DNA from: Octopus bimaculoides
Taxonomy: Eukaryota
NCBI RefSeq assembly: GCF_001194135.2
Contig: NC_068984.1
Coordinates: forward strand, 127,104,335-127,168,334
Length of the DNA: 64,000 nt
Direction: 5' to 3'
Shown: positions 49,684 through 62,185 of the stretch, piece by piece
How positions within the stretch are numbered: the first letter of the stretch is position 1
Layout: every line of letters begins with the position of its first letter
The notes under the pieces: model-generated
The model's database searches: none
Seen by the model: the letters and a program-made list of their open reading frames with translations, nothing else
What the model was told of the DNA's origin: nothing
Position numbers and translations under genes: made by a program

Positions 49684-50335
49684 CATGGAAGTATATATGC
49701 TAATTACAGTAACATAATTATTTCAGGAAACAGAATTGCTTGTCAGAGCTTCAAAGATGGAATGAAGTTTATATTCTGAAGAAAGGGGTTTTTATTCCGT
49801 AAACAGTAGGAACATAATCAGCTGAGTGTTCTAAAAGATGACTCGTATATATTCAAGGTTACACAATTTTCTAAGTATTATTGATTTTACTTCAGACACC
49901 TTGATGAGGAATTGTCAGTATAAATATCTCCACAATGGTTGTGCCATATAATTAAGGTTATTTTAACTTAGAGTCTTTTCATGTTCATTAAAGATTAGCA
50001 AAACAAAAATTAATGAAGTAAAAATTAACAAAGTAATTTTCATGTTCAAAATAGGACAAGAAGCCTGTCAGTTGAAATAATATTTTAGTATGGGACTTAG
50101 GAATGTGTAGCACAATTTCTCAACTGCCATAAAAATATTTGGAATCACCTTGTAAGTTAATTCTGAAGAAGGTTGAGATTGTGTACTAGTTGGTAGCAAA
50201 CTTGACGTATATTGCCTTAAGTTTGTCATTATAGTTAGGAAAAATCTAAAGAATGTTATTGTTTAATACCTGCATCTTTCCAGTGAGTTCTTTGTCTCAC
50301 AAACATTAAATAGACCATAATAATGAGGCAGCTAC

Positions 50336-50473
50336 CTCTTTTGACTATTTCTATGTGCAAGTCTGAAATAGATGTGACATCATTATGACCACTAGCTTGG
50401 TGGTCTACTGTTTCAATGATCTGAACATATTTCTGCATTGGGCCTGTAACAGCATGTTCTTGAAATGTCTGAT
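50336..50473 (-). CDS. Candidate internal exon (phase 1 to 1; alternative donor at 50270)
   Basis: Lies within an 86-aa non-repetitive ORF. Acceptor tttgctaaatttag, weak donor GAG|gtagct (or CAG|gtatta). Translation (D)QTFQEHAVTGPMQKYVQIIETVDHQASGHNDVTSISDLHIEIVKR. Confidence 0.3.
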
Positions 50474-51064
50474 CTAAATTTAGCAAACCCATTAACATCA
50501 AGTTCGTCAAAGACACTAACTACATTTAGCAAACCTATTAATGCTAAACCTTTCACTGAGATTCAGAAACAATGAAATTCATGCTACCAAAGCTTTTAAA
50601 AAAGATATTGAAGTGCATAACATAACTCATCCTTTTCAATAAGGTGAATGGAATGCTTATTTGAATACAATATGGCTGAAAGGTCAAACCAGTACTTCAC
50701 TAGTCAGTGGAGTTCCAATGAATACTTAAGACACCCAACAGGCTAGTTTAAGCTAGCCAGATCATTAGTTAAGTGAATAGTCTATAGATCAATGCAGTAA
50801 GTTCACCCCCTAACTACCTACGATTTGTAGAAAAGTGATTATTAAAGTGAGTCAAGTTCTAGCTATTTATGAACTCAAACTGATGATACTAGTGGAAGCA
50901 ATCGATCTTCTGACCGAACCAAGAAAATTTGCTTTCCATAGTCTGTTCATATTAATGATACTATATGTTAGCTGCAACTTCTGATAGAAGGGGTGGGATT
51001 TGAACTCAGAAAGCTCAGAGTCAGAACGGATACTGCAGGACATCCTGTCCAATGCCTAAACAAT

Positions 51065-51620
51065 TTCATCAATATGCTGCTCTGAACTCATCTGAAGAAT
51101 AAAGTCAGGAGTTAGGGTACAGAATCAGAGCATAGGTACATTAACCATGGAGTTCAGTTAGCATGGATACACACACTACAATGGTGCAAATTTACAGGGA
51201 ACACTTGATCCAAAAGATGAAAAGTAGATAGAACCCATAAGCAGAGAAATTAACTTGGAGGGTCTCGTGCCAGACACAGCTTTGCTGATATCAAGTACAA
51301 CTTTTCCTTTGTCAAGATTCTCATGAGTGAGAGATACTGACAAATGAAATAGAAGACCGAATCACCCTAGATCATACTCTATGGAAACTAAATTGGTGAT
51401 CACTGAGAAAGGAGAGGCAACATAACGACGAGGACATTTGTTTATATCTATGATCATCAGTTGGGAAATGCTGGAATTGAAAGTAATAGGGTGGTAGTTA
51501 GCAGGAAATAACCATGTTTCCATAGACTGAGACAGATGCCTCTAGAGAGATCAGGAGATTGAAAAGGTTGGCAAGGGTATGAGCTGCTTGTGCACTTTTT
51601 GAGGGTACTGGAAGTGGTAC
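51065..51620 (-). mobile_element. Jockey/CR1-type LINE reverse-transcriptase fossil
   Basis: Minus strand fragments SLWKHG, FLSDHQFSFHR, DKGKVVLDISKAVSG..PSKL (LDISKAFD motif) and a GVPQGS-like segment, all broken by stops. Confidence 0.7.
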
Positions 51621-53037
51621 TATCAGAATCGATAACCTCAGTGGGTTGGCGTGATCACAGAAATTGTTGGTAGGAAAGAAGACTATAAAAGTATAAATAC
51701 AATATAGATTCTTAATACTGGCACAAAGCCACAGATTTAGTGAGAGGTAAATAATCAATTAGATTGTCTCCTGTAGTAGACTAGTACTTATTTTAATCAA
51801 TCTGTGTAAGGATGAATGGCAAAGTCAAACTTGATGGGATCTGAATTCAGAACATAAAACTGAATAGCACTAGGTATTTTGTTTAATAAATTACTAATTC
51901 TACGGATCAACCATTCTCCAAAGTCTAAATTTAATGATAACAAACAATGACTTCTTCAGTGTAATATAAATCCTGAGTATAGTGTGTTCTTATATTTTTC
52001 AATAGAATTGAAAAAGAAAATTAGATGAAGTAGGATCTGTCAGGAATTGAAATCAGATCATTATATACGAAATTACAGCTATTTCAAGCACCTAATCCAA
52101 TGATAGCAAAAAACCAGAAGTTTCCTTCCTTCCTTCCTGGGATGATCAGTTAGTTGTCATGTAATTAAGTTAATTACATGATTTTTCAACAACAGAGGTA
52201 TGTATAAATGTGTGATCAACTTCATTGACTTCTAGGTATCATTATTAATATCCAGTTTAAGGTGGCAAGCTAGCAGAGTCATTAGCATGCCAAGTGAAAT
52301 ACTTAGTGGTATTTTATCCATCTTTATGGTCTGAGTTCAAATTCCACCATGGTCAACTTTGCCTTTCATGATTATTGATATGCAGTTCTTGTACCACCCA
52401 CACCAGCCACAGGAACTGAACTCAGCAATGCAATTAACAAAGAGGGGACCTCTATATAATTGCATGCCCTGCAATAATTTATTACAACAAAAGGTCCTTC
52501 AAATCACATTGCATTTTCTTAAATAAGGAAACAACAGATAGTGTAGTCCATCATACCACTGAAAAGAGAGGAGGATCATGACTGGAATACCTTTAATCAT
52601 AGGTCTTCTCAATCAAGGTTTATCTGGGGCTAATTAACAACAAACTTCTAGAGGAGTTGAAATGAGCACTGCAATTTTATAGTGTTATAAAATTAAGGAA
52701 ATAATTTTTATAGTGTTATAAAATAGTGTTTTATAGTGTTATTTCCTTTTTGATACCAGTTTACATGTAGGATATGAACTATAAGCTTTTCAGTTAGTTT
52801 TCTGATGCCTTTTCTACTTAGTAAGCCACTCTTCTTTAACCCAGACTATTCTTATTACTAACATGAAAATAGATAAATAAATCAATAAACTGTGATTTAT
52901 ATAACTGAATAACAATAAATGAGTTTGATAAGTGATTAATACCTAAGTAGCATCATTTTAAAAATTAATTCATGCCCAGAATATCCTGAGTAAGAAAATC
53001 AATCAATACTGAGTTTGGAAATTAATCTAAGTCTTAC

Positions 53038-53134
53038 CATCTTGAGTTAAAGGTACCATGTAGGAAGTTTGACACCCTTGTGATGTCAAATGATCAAAGC
53101 AATTATAGGGTACAGAGGAGTTCAATGTAAAGAA
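53038..53134 (-). CDS. Candidate internal exon (phase 0 to 1)
   Basis: Strong donor ATG|gtaaga, acceptor ctatgcag. Only one frame is open: FFTLNSSVPYNCFDHLTSQGCQTSYMVPLTQD. Phase-compatible with 50473. Confidence 0.35.
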
Positions 53135-55051
53135 CTGCATAGCTGTTTCTGGTATGATTATGGCATGACTCAAATGAATAGCAATTCTAAAAGAGATCAA
53201 TAAAGAATTGAACTAACACACACTGGACTCATTATATTACCATAATCCACTATTATCATTAATTTCTTTCCAACAAAAACAAATAGCTTTGAACAACTAG
53301 CAGACTTGAAAGGGAGCTATAAATGAAAGTGGCTTGTAATGAATTGCATGAGAAAACTGTGCTTTAAGTTGTAGATGTATGAAGAAAGGTTTTAATACAT
53401 TGGTTATGTTTGTAAATTGTGGTGCAGTGAATAAATGCTATACATTCACTTTGTTGATGAACATTACCAGCTATCACTGTAGGAGAGCGGATGAAGAGAA
53501 GAAACAATTGTCTGCAGTCACCAGTTTGTGCAATGAAATATGGCTCTGATTTCCTTCCAATATAACATGAAAGTCTGTTTGGTTATATAAAGTAACAATG
53601 GAAAATACAAAAGATAGTTCCCACCATCAATGTTTGCCACAGTGGGAAAACAGACATTAAAGTGAAAATGTTGAAAACAATAGTAATGAATTTTCTTAGC
53701 ATAGCAGAGCACTGGGCATTTGTTTCACTTTTAAAATATTGCATCACCAAACAAAGGATTATTATCTCATATCCTTAGCTTCCTAGGTTGTATGGGGGGG
53801 GGGGGGGAAGAATATGCTGAGAAGCCTAAATGTGGTAGAAATACAATACAAATAGATTTTATAGACAAATGAAATGAAAATTGTATAATAGTAAAATTTT
53901 ATAACACTTAAGTAGATCATTCTTAAATTATTAGTCAAAACAGCTGTGATGCTGTTTTAGTCTTTGATTATTAATGATATATTTCATGTTATCTTTCTAA
54001 GAACAAATGGAAGTAAACAAAAGCAGTAGAGAGGGGCTCCCTAGGGTGTGTTTATGACTCTAAGATAATTCCATCTATATTTTGTTAAATGGAGCCGCAT
54101 TTAATGGTGATTGTGATACATTCAGCACCTGTACTTCTTTTAAACAGTAAATACTGTTGGTCACATTCATACTGACTGTCAATATTTTTATTAACTTTTG
54201 TGTAAACATTCTTGAGGTAAATATTTCCATTGTAAACATTCCTAGCTATATAATATGGAAGATATAGAGAACTTCTAAGCTAGATTGAACATAAAGATTA
54301 TTTCTGAAAAATCAATATTTACAGTAAGGTTAAATAAAGGATTCTACATTAGATGGGGTTATATTAGTACTGTCAATGTTATTACTGACAAACAATCACT
54401 CAACTATCCAGCAGATGCAATGACTACCTATTTCCCCTCAACTACCACAGAATATCAATAGAAATAAATGGAATGGTCAATAGAGAATGGTCAGTAGTAG
54501 TTTCAGTTTTATGACAGTACAGAATATTATATTAGAACATAAAGATAGAGATAACTGTTGATATCATTGAAGAGAATAAAAAAAAAAGAATTTTTTTTTT
54601 ATTATGCTTCAAGACACTGGCAACAATTTCTTTATTCATCATACACTGATGAGGACTGGATACATATTCAGTAGAAGAATAGCCAGGGAAACAGATGGTA
54701 TGTTTATCATATAGGTAAGAGAAAGAGAAATACCATGTATTTGGCGGTAGAGCTCTTGGCACTCCTGCCAAATTGTTGATAAAGTAAAATCTTTATTCTA
54801 CCTAATTTTTCCAGTGACAACTGAGGCCTAATATTTTACATATTATTATTAGATTATTGTTAAAAGGATTAGTTTAAACATTTGTTTCAATCATGTTATT
54901 TTATCAATATGTCATTTTCAATACAAATGAAAAACAACTCTTTCAGTTCTGTACACTGCCATTTCCTTGTCTTCAATCTTAATACTACATGCTAAATAGA
55001 CAATATATTATATCCATGTTTGTAATTCTTGATTGATTACCTCATTTATAT

Positions 55052-55705
55052 ATCATTAACACTTACTTTATACATCCTTCAGCACCAATATTTATGAAAC
55101 CTGTTCTTTGTTATAATTTAGTAAATTATGTCGTGCATATTCTAAGCTATATATTCAACACTTCCATAATTTACTTACATATTTTTTATTATCTGTTCAG
55201 TCAATATTATCATTTAATCTTCTATTAGATGTTGTAAAACATTCTCCAGTAGCTTTATATATTTTTCTATTACTGATACCATGAAACATCAGCTGATGAG
55301 TGTTGCCAGGCACACCCAACTAAAACAGGCTTTAACTCTTTAGCATTTAAACCGGCCATATCTGGCTTAAATATTCTACTTGTTTTATGCTGAAAGCAAT
55401 CAGATCTAGTCTCTTTCACCTGCACAACAATGTCATTTTGAAAATATACAATCATATCACTGAAATCTCAAAGCTATGAGATAATGCAGGATTAATTCAA
55501 AACAATGTCAATAAATAGGCATTACATTTGGCAGAGTAATCTGAATACTAAAGGGTTAAATGAACTAATGAAAATTAATTCACAAATGTATAGATTGCAT
55601 ACAGTAGTTCCTTGGTCAGAAAGCTGTTCATTTTGCTAAGAAAAATTAACTCTATGGATGCCAGCTGACTGAATGAAAAAAACACCCTTAGTTGTATTAT
55701 GTAAT
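55052..55705 (+). repeat. First copy of a ~390-bp direct repeat (second copy 58648-59045), interrupted by a MITE
   Basis: Colinear from cattaacacttactttata to ttaactctatggatgcca, with scattered substitutions and small indels. Confidence 0.92.
55336..55555. mobile_element. piggyBac-type MITE, 220 bp; a partial related copy lies at about 60890-61103
   Basis: TTAA on both sides (55332-55335, 55556-55559). Termini ctctttagcatt / aatactaaaggg form a 12-bp imperfect inverted repeat. The insert is absent from the paralogous repeat at 58.9 kb. Confidence 0.85.
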
Positions 55706-57019
55706 ACAGACTACACTGCAAAGGAAGAATCGATAAATGCACTCTTCCATAAGACATAGCAACTTTAAAGGTTTCAAGTAACAGGTCCACCACTCAAGAT
55801 CTATTAAAATATTAAAAGCAATACATTGGGACAGCAGTAAAAGAAAAGTACTCATATGAAGACATAAATGTAGTTGGATAGAAGTATTGTAGAGTTAGTC
55901 TTTGTAAATAGTAAAATTCTCTTATTCTAATTGAATGAGAGAATAATGGAGTGGTTCTTGAAATGTTTAAAGAGGAAATTGATTTTAGATCTCCAATTAA
56001 AACATTGTAGAGAGATTCAGCTGTATAACTCTACTACTGAAAGTAAATATTATAGTAAGAGTAAATGAAACAAAATGAAAAAAATATATATTTATTTTTG
56101 AGTGGAGAGTAAGGATATCCATAATGAATAAAAAAAAATATTTCAATAGAATAAAATAAAATGAATACAAATTGTAATGTATAATCATTAATTTAGTATT
56201 CTAGCATGTTAGTCATAGAATTTCAATGGCAGCAGTAGAAATTGAATAGCAGTAGAGAATAACTGGTCAAATACTGAAAGAAACTAGCTTTCTTAGTTTT
56301 GTATTTGTTTCGTAAGATATATGTTCAAGGGGACGGGCCATATACAAATGAAGGAAGAAATTATAGAACTATAAAGTCTACCAATACAAGGGGAAACATA
56401 ACTGTATCCTTGAGTCATTGAGTCAATGTTGTTGATTGAATAAAACAAAAAGAAATATCATAGATCATAAGACTAATGCTTGGTAAAAGAAATATATCTC
56501 AGTCTTAATAAACATGGGAACACAAATAATGGTTAAGTGAATTTGATCTTTTTAAATAGATTACAAAAAATGTTTAATAAAGAATTAAACATTATAAAAA
56601 TGAAGGTCTGATAAATGTTTATGGTTAAACAGTGGAAAATGTTAATATAAAATTAATTAATGTTCATTTGGATCTAATTAATTATGCAAATTAATTAAGA
56701 CTAGAAAAAAACAACAGCAATAATTAGTTCATTTTAAGTTGGTTCTAAAATCACATAGTCCATTGGGCCAGCACTTTACTTCTTCTCTTTTTCCTTCATC
56801 ATCATCATCATCATCATCACCATCATCAACACCATCCTCATCATCACCATCACTATTGTTTTAACATCTATTTTCCCATACTTGCAAGAGATAGACAGAG
56901 TTTACTGAAGCAGATTTTCTATGGCTGGATACCCTTCCTGTCACCAATCCTTACTTGTTTCCAAGCAAGATAATATTTCCCCATGTCCAGATGTTTTTTC
57001 TTTTTTTTTTGCAGAATAT

Positions 57020-57840
57020 TGTTAGTATCTTGAGAGAAAAGCTGAACATTAGAAGCATCAGTTGTGGTGTGCAAGAGAGACGATTGCGCTGGTATGGACA
57101 TGTGGTGAGAATGGATGAGGATAACTGCGTGAAAAAGTGCCACACCCTAACAGTTGAGGGAACCCGTGGAAGAGGTAGGCCCAGGAAGACCTGGGCTGAG
57201 GTGGTGAGGCAAGACCTTCGTACATTGGGCTTCACCGAGGCGATGACTACTGACCGAGACCTTTGGAAATGTGCTGTGCATGAGAAGACCCGGCAAGCCA
57301 AGTAAGATCGTTGCCAGTGCCCCTGGACTGGTTCTTGTGCGGGTGGCACATGAGATGCACCATTTTGAGCGTGGCCATTGCCAGTACCGCCTGACTGGCT
57401 CCCGTAGGATTTTCGAGCGAGATCGTTGCCAGTGCCCCTGGACTGGCTTNNNNNNNNNNNNNNNNNNNNNNNNNNNNNNNNNNNNNNNNNNNNNNNNNNN
57501 NNNNNNNNNNNNNNNNNNCACCATTTTGAGCGTGGCCATTGCCAGTACCGCCTGACTGGCTCCCGTAGGATTTTCGAGCGAGATCGTTGCCAGTGCCCCT
57601 GGACTGGTTCTTGTGCGGGTGGCACATGAGATGCACCATTTTGAGCGTGGCCGTTTTCGTGCGGGTGACACGTAAAAGCACCCACTACACTCTCTGAGTG
57701 GTTGGCATTAGGAAGGGCATCCAGCTGTAGAAACTCTGCCAAATTAGACTGGAGCCTGGTGTTGCCATCCGGTTTCACCAGTCCTCAGTCAAATCGTCCA
57801 ACCCATGCTAGCATGGAAAGCGGATGATGAAGATGATGAT
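57020..57840 (+). mobile_element. Young 5'-truncated RTE LINE with 115-bp tandem units in its 3'UTR
   Basis: SILREKLNIRSISCGVQERRLRWYGHVVRMDEDNC...KTRQAK*. About 7 differences in ~280 nt from the 42-kb copy (manual count). gatcgttgccagtg units at 57306, 57421 and 57582. Confidence 0.95.
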
Positions 57841-59765
57841 TGTTAATGAATGATGTTCAATCATAACAATCATGCAATGTTAAGACAAGAACACACATGC
57901 AAGCACACACACACACACATGTTCAATGGGCTTCTTTCAGATCTATCAAATCCACCCACAAAGCTTTGGTTTGCCTGGGACTATATGAGAAGACTATTAC
58001 ATGAAGTAAAGGAGACAGTAAACACACACATACACACATACAAGAGGCTTCTTTCAATTTCCATCTCCCAAACCCACTCACATGGCTTTGGTTGGCTATA
58101 GTAAAAGACACTTACCCAAGGTGCTTCATAGTGGAACTGAACCAGAGACCATATGGGTGGGAAGCAAACACCTTACTCCACAGTCAAATCTGTACCACTT
58201 CATACTTTTCATTCTCTGCCTATCTCTTTTTTTTTTTACTCAACAAGTCCTAACTATAGTTAAATGCTGGGCTGATGAAGAGTTAACAGACATTAAAATC
58301 AAGAAAGTGACACCATAAACAAATTCAAAGATTATTTTACAGTGATACAACAATATTTCTGATAGAAAAATCTTATACTTTTTCCATTTGGCCAATGGTT
58401 AAATGTTATATATCAGTAGCACTTACAAGGCAGTGGAGCTGGTAGAATTGTTAGCACACTGGATGCAATGCTTAGTGGTATTTCACCTGTTGCTATGTTC
58501 TGAGTTCAAATTCCACCAGGATTGACTTTGCCTTTTATCCTTTCAGAGTCAATAAATTAAGTACCAGTGAAACACTGGGGTTGATGTAATTGACAAGTCC
58601 CCTCCTCCAAAAATTTGAGACTATGTGCTTTTAGTAGAAAGGATGCATCATTAACACTTACTTTATATATTCTCCAACACCAATATTTATGAAACCTGTT
58701 CTTTGTTATTTATAATTAGGTAAATTATGTTCTGCATACTCTAAGTTATATATTTAACACTTTCATAATTCACTTACATATTCTTTATTATCTGTTCAAC
58801 CAATATTATCATTTAATCTTCTATTACATGTAAAACATTCTCCAGTACCTTTACATATATTTTTTTTTTGTCATCACTGATACAATGAAACATCAGCTGA
58901 TGAATGTTGCCAGCCACACCCAACTAAAACAAGCTGTAAATGAACTAATGAAAATTAATACACAAATGAATAGATTGCATACAATATAGTTCCTTGGTTA
59001 GAAAGCTGTTCATTTTGCTAAGAAATATTAACTCTATGGATGCCATAGTCTCGCTTCACTTAATCAAACTTAGAATCAAAGGCATTCCTGTTGTGACCAT
59101 CCCATCTTTTTTTCATTGTCAGGTTTATTTCCAGGACTATGTTATACAAAGAACTTTTCCTTTTTGTTTTTTTTGAAAATGCTAGGGTATGATTTGAGGG
59201 AGACTTGGTTGCTATTTCTAGCAGATATAGTGACCACATAGAAACGCCCCCACCTCTAGTAAACAGTTTGATATATTCATTTGCAGATAGATATTAAGAA
59301 AAATATCAAGTCTTTTTGCTTGCTTGTTCTATTTTTAATTCATTTAAAGCAATATATTTCATTTCAATGGAATACTTAAGCAGTTATGTGCACATCACTT
59401 AACCAACTGACATTATTCACTGTTGTTCCATTACATGATTATTTCTTGTTGCTCTATTATATAATCTTCACTTCATACAGAAAGAGAAACTCTTCACTTC
59501 CAACAGTGATGTAAGTACTCTAAACTTCCTCTACTGTCTATGAATCCAACCTAATCCCTTGTTATACATCTAACATTAATTACATTGCCTGTATGAATGC
59601 ACATAAGCCTATGTTATCATCATATAACAATATTATAAAAATAGCATGACCTAATGAGGGTATCTTTACATAGCCACTGACTGTCAAAAATAGTAGCCAT
59701 ACCTCTATCAAACTACACCGATACTGGTGTAGTTACACTTAGAAAAGTCTGGAAACTGAACTTAC

Positions 59766-59801
59766 TACTTCATGATTTTGAGCCTGATGCTCTTCATGCA
59801 C
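59766..59801 (-). CDS. Candidate 36-bp micro-exon (phase 0 to 0; VHEEHQAQNHEV)
   Basis: Donor GTA|gtaagt, weak AAG acceptor, frame-preserving length. Confidence 0.2.
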
Positions 59802-60004
59802 CTTCATAAACAACAACAACATTGTAAGAGCAAAGTAACATAATTTCCTCTCGTTAGCAGAGCAAAACTGTAATTGCTCTCTCTATGAAGAGCAATTTGA
59901 CTCAATGCTCCTAAGTCTTTCAAATCAATGTTTATTTCTAATATTTTCATTCCTTTTATTTCTTTACCTTATTCCTCTAAAATATATTTTGGCTTACTTC
60001 TAGA

Positions 60005-60404
60005 CTCTTTTACTTGTTTCAGTCATTTGACTGCAGCCATGCTGGAGCACCGCCTTTAGTCGAGCAAATCGACCCCAGGACTTATTCTTTGTAAGCCTAG
60101 TACTTATTCTATCGGTCTTTTTTGCCGAACCGCTAAGTTACGGGGATGCAAACACAACAGCATCGGTTGTCAAGCGATGTTGGGGGGGGGGGACAAACAC
60201 AGACACACAAACACACACACACATATATATATACATATATACAACAGGCTTCTTTCAGTTCCCATCTACCAAATCCACTCATAAGGCTTTGGTCGGCCTG
60301 AGGCTATAGTAGAAGATACTTGCCCAAGGTGCCATGCAGTGGGACTGAACCCGGAACCATGTGGTTGGTAAGCAAGCTACTTACCACACAGCCATTCCTG
60401 CACC
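60005..60404 (-). mobile_element. Full-length, little-diverged SINE family 1 copy
   Basis: Near-identical reverse complement of 44984-45382. Confidence 0.95.
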
Positions 60405-61818
60405 TATGCTATTAAAATAATTCCCATTATTTTTTCCTCACACTTACCCAGTTACAAAATCAAATACATTTCCATTAACATTTTTTAAAAAAACTTTTTC
60501 AATGAGTTTTTTTTTTATCATTTCTTTTGTTTCCTTTTTGTTGCTCCCCCACTTTTTGTTTTTAGACATTTTACACTTAATTTTAACTTTCACACTGTGT
60601 CCCCTCTCTTGTCTCTTCTACCACTACTACAACTGACATTGCTCCTTTGAACTTGCTAACTAAACATACTATCTTTACCAAAACCTACTTATTCATTTCT
60701 CCTCCAGATAAAAATCATTTTATCCAATCTTTCTTCCTAAGAATTGCATCTAAATGTTGATCCCTTTCAACCCCTGTTTTTTTTCTTTTGTTTTCGTTTT
60801 TGTCTTCAGTAAAATAGCACTAAACTGTTCAAATTAGACATTGACAATAATAACCATATCCAGTTGTTTTTATCTTTCAGTTTAGGAGGAAAGTAAACCG
60901 ATAATGCTGCTCCAAATATTCTCTCTCTTTTATATTCAGACCAGCCAGATCCAGCTTCTCATACCAACTTGACAATGTCATTTTAAAAGCATACTATCAC
61001 ATCATCAAAATCTTGAGGCTACAAGTAATGCATGATTAATTCAAAACAATGTGAATAAATAAACATTATATTTGACAGAATAATCTGAACATTAAAGGAT
61101 TAAAGTATAATATTTTCTTCTTTTTCCTACATTTTCTGCCTTCTCTTTCAGTCACTTCTCTGCCTTTTCCAGATCCAGGTGTACTCCCTGCCATTACATC
61201 AGATTTTTCAATAACAAAGTGTTAGCGCTTTTCAAAGTTATTTCTTTAGAAACCAAATCTATAATCTCTCCTGTATAGCTAGAGTGTATAACACCCACTC
61301 CAAAAAAAAATTCTATGCTAATTTAATTTTTCAGAACTCACATTTTATGGCACACAAATTCATTTTATCATATGTGCATTTTTGCTGACAAAGACCATCA
61401 CTAGTTTTATCAAACTCTAGTGTTTTTCCTTTGTTAATTCTCTTATGCTAATCTTGAGATATTTGGTTTCTGAAGCCATATTAATGGTAATCCATCCATC
61501 CATCTAGAGAGTGGGCGGGTGAGAGAGAGAGAGAGGGAGAGGAGGTGAGTGAATATATGAGAGAAAGAGATTACATTGTTAATCTACATAATTTTGAAAT
61601 CAATTATATGATAGAACTCAAAATGTAAAAATTTCCATGACTAATTACTTCATTATATACATCAGATAATTCAACAATATAAGAAACCAAGAAATGTGTT
61701 CCAGACTTGAATTCAGCAACACTCCCAATGAATTTACAAAAGCACAGTGAGAAAACTTCCTGGCTTTTATGAGTAGCATTAACATAGAAATGTTTAATTA
61801 TGGTTTTGTTTTACTTAC

Positions 61819-61955
61819 ATCTTTTACGGATACACTTTTATATTTAAAGTCCCAAATTTGCTGACAAGACATGCACCCTTTATTTTTAAATGTACCAAAA
61901 AATTGTTCCACATCCAATGTGGCTGTATTATGGATGGGAGAGTGAATGGTGTAGG
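61819..61955 (-). CDS. Candidate internal exon (phase 1 to 0; alternative acceptor giving start 61922)
   Basis: Acceptor gtctcctcag, consensus donor GAT|gtaagt. Open frame (A)YTIHSPIHNTATLDVEQFFGTFKNKGCMSCQQIWDFKYKSVSVKD. Confidence 0.42.
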
Positions 61956-61974
61956 CTGAGGAGACTATTACTAA

Positions 61975-62185
61975 TAATGGTTTCAAATTTTTGCACAAGG
62001 CCAGCAAATTCTGGGGATTGGGCAAGTCAATTACATCAGCCCCAGTACACAACTGGTACTTATTCTATCGACCTTGAAAGTATAAAAGGCAAAGTTGACC
62101 TTGGCAGAATTTGAACTCGGAACATAAAGCTAGACAAAATGCCACTAAGCATTTTGCCTGGCATGCTAACGATTCTGCTAGCTTG
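61975..62185 (-). mobile_element. SINE family 2 copy. Other diverged copies at about 26770-26960, 27385-27520, 28540-28830, 31040-31170, 32140-32365, 39160-39350, 40060-40230, 44745-44960, 52255-52370 and 58425-58640
   Basis: gcacaaggccagcaa...ggtacttattc...ggcaaagttgacc...gaatttgaactc...aagcattttgcctggcatgctaacgattctgc, the reverse complement of family 2. Confidence 0.8.

Noticed and set aside
51498-51758. 86-aa minus ORF with an acceptor-like site
   Set aside because: Overlaps a Jockey/CR1 RT fossil in a shifted frame, and the donor is weak.
53468-53574. Open minus segment RLSCYIGRKSEPYFIAQTGDCRQLFLLFIRSPTVIA with a gtaatg donor
   Set aside because: Phase 2 to 1 conflicts with the adjacent 53134 candidate (phase 0). 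At most one can be in the chain and I cannot decide from sequence alone.
59711-59734. 9-bp perfect hairpin aactacacc-gatact-ggtgtagtt
   Set aside because: Short enough to arise by chance in 64 kb of repeat-rich DNA.
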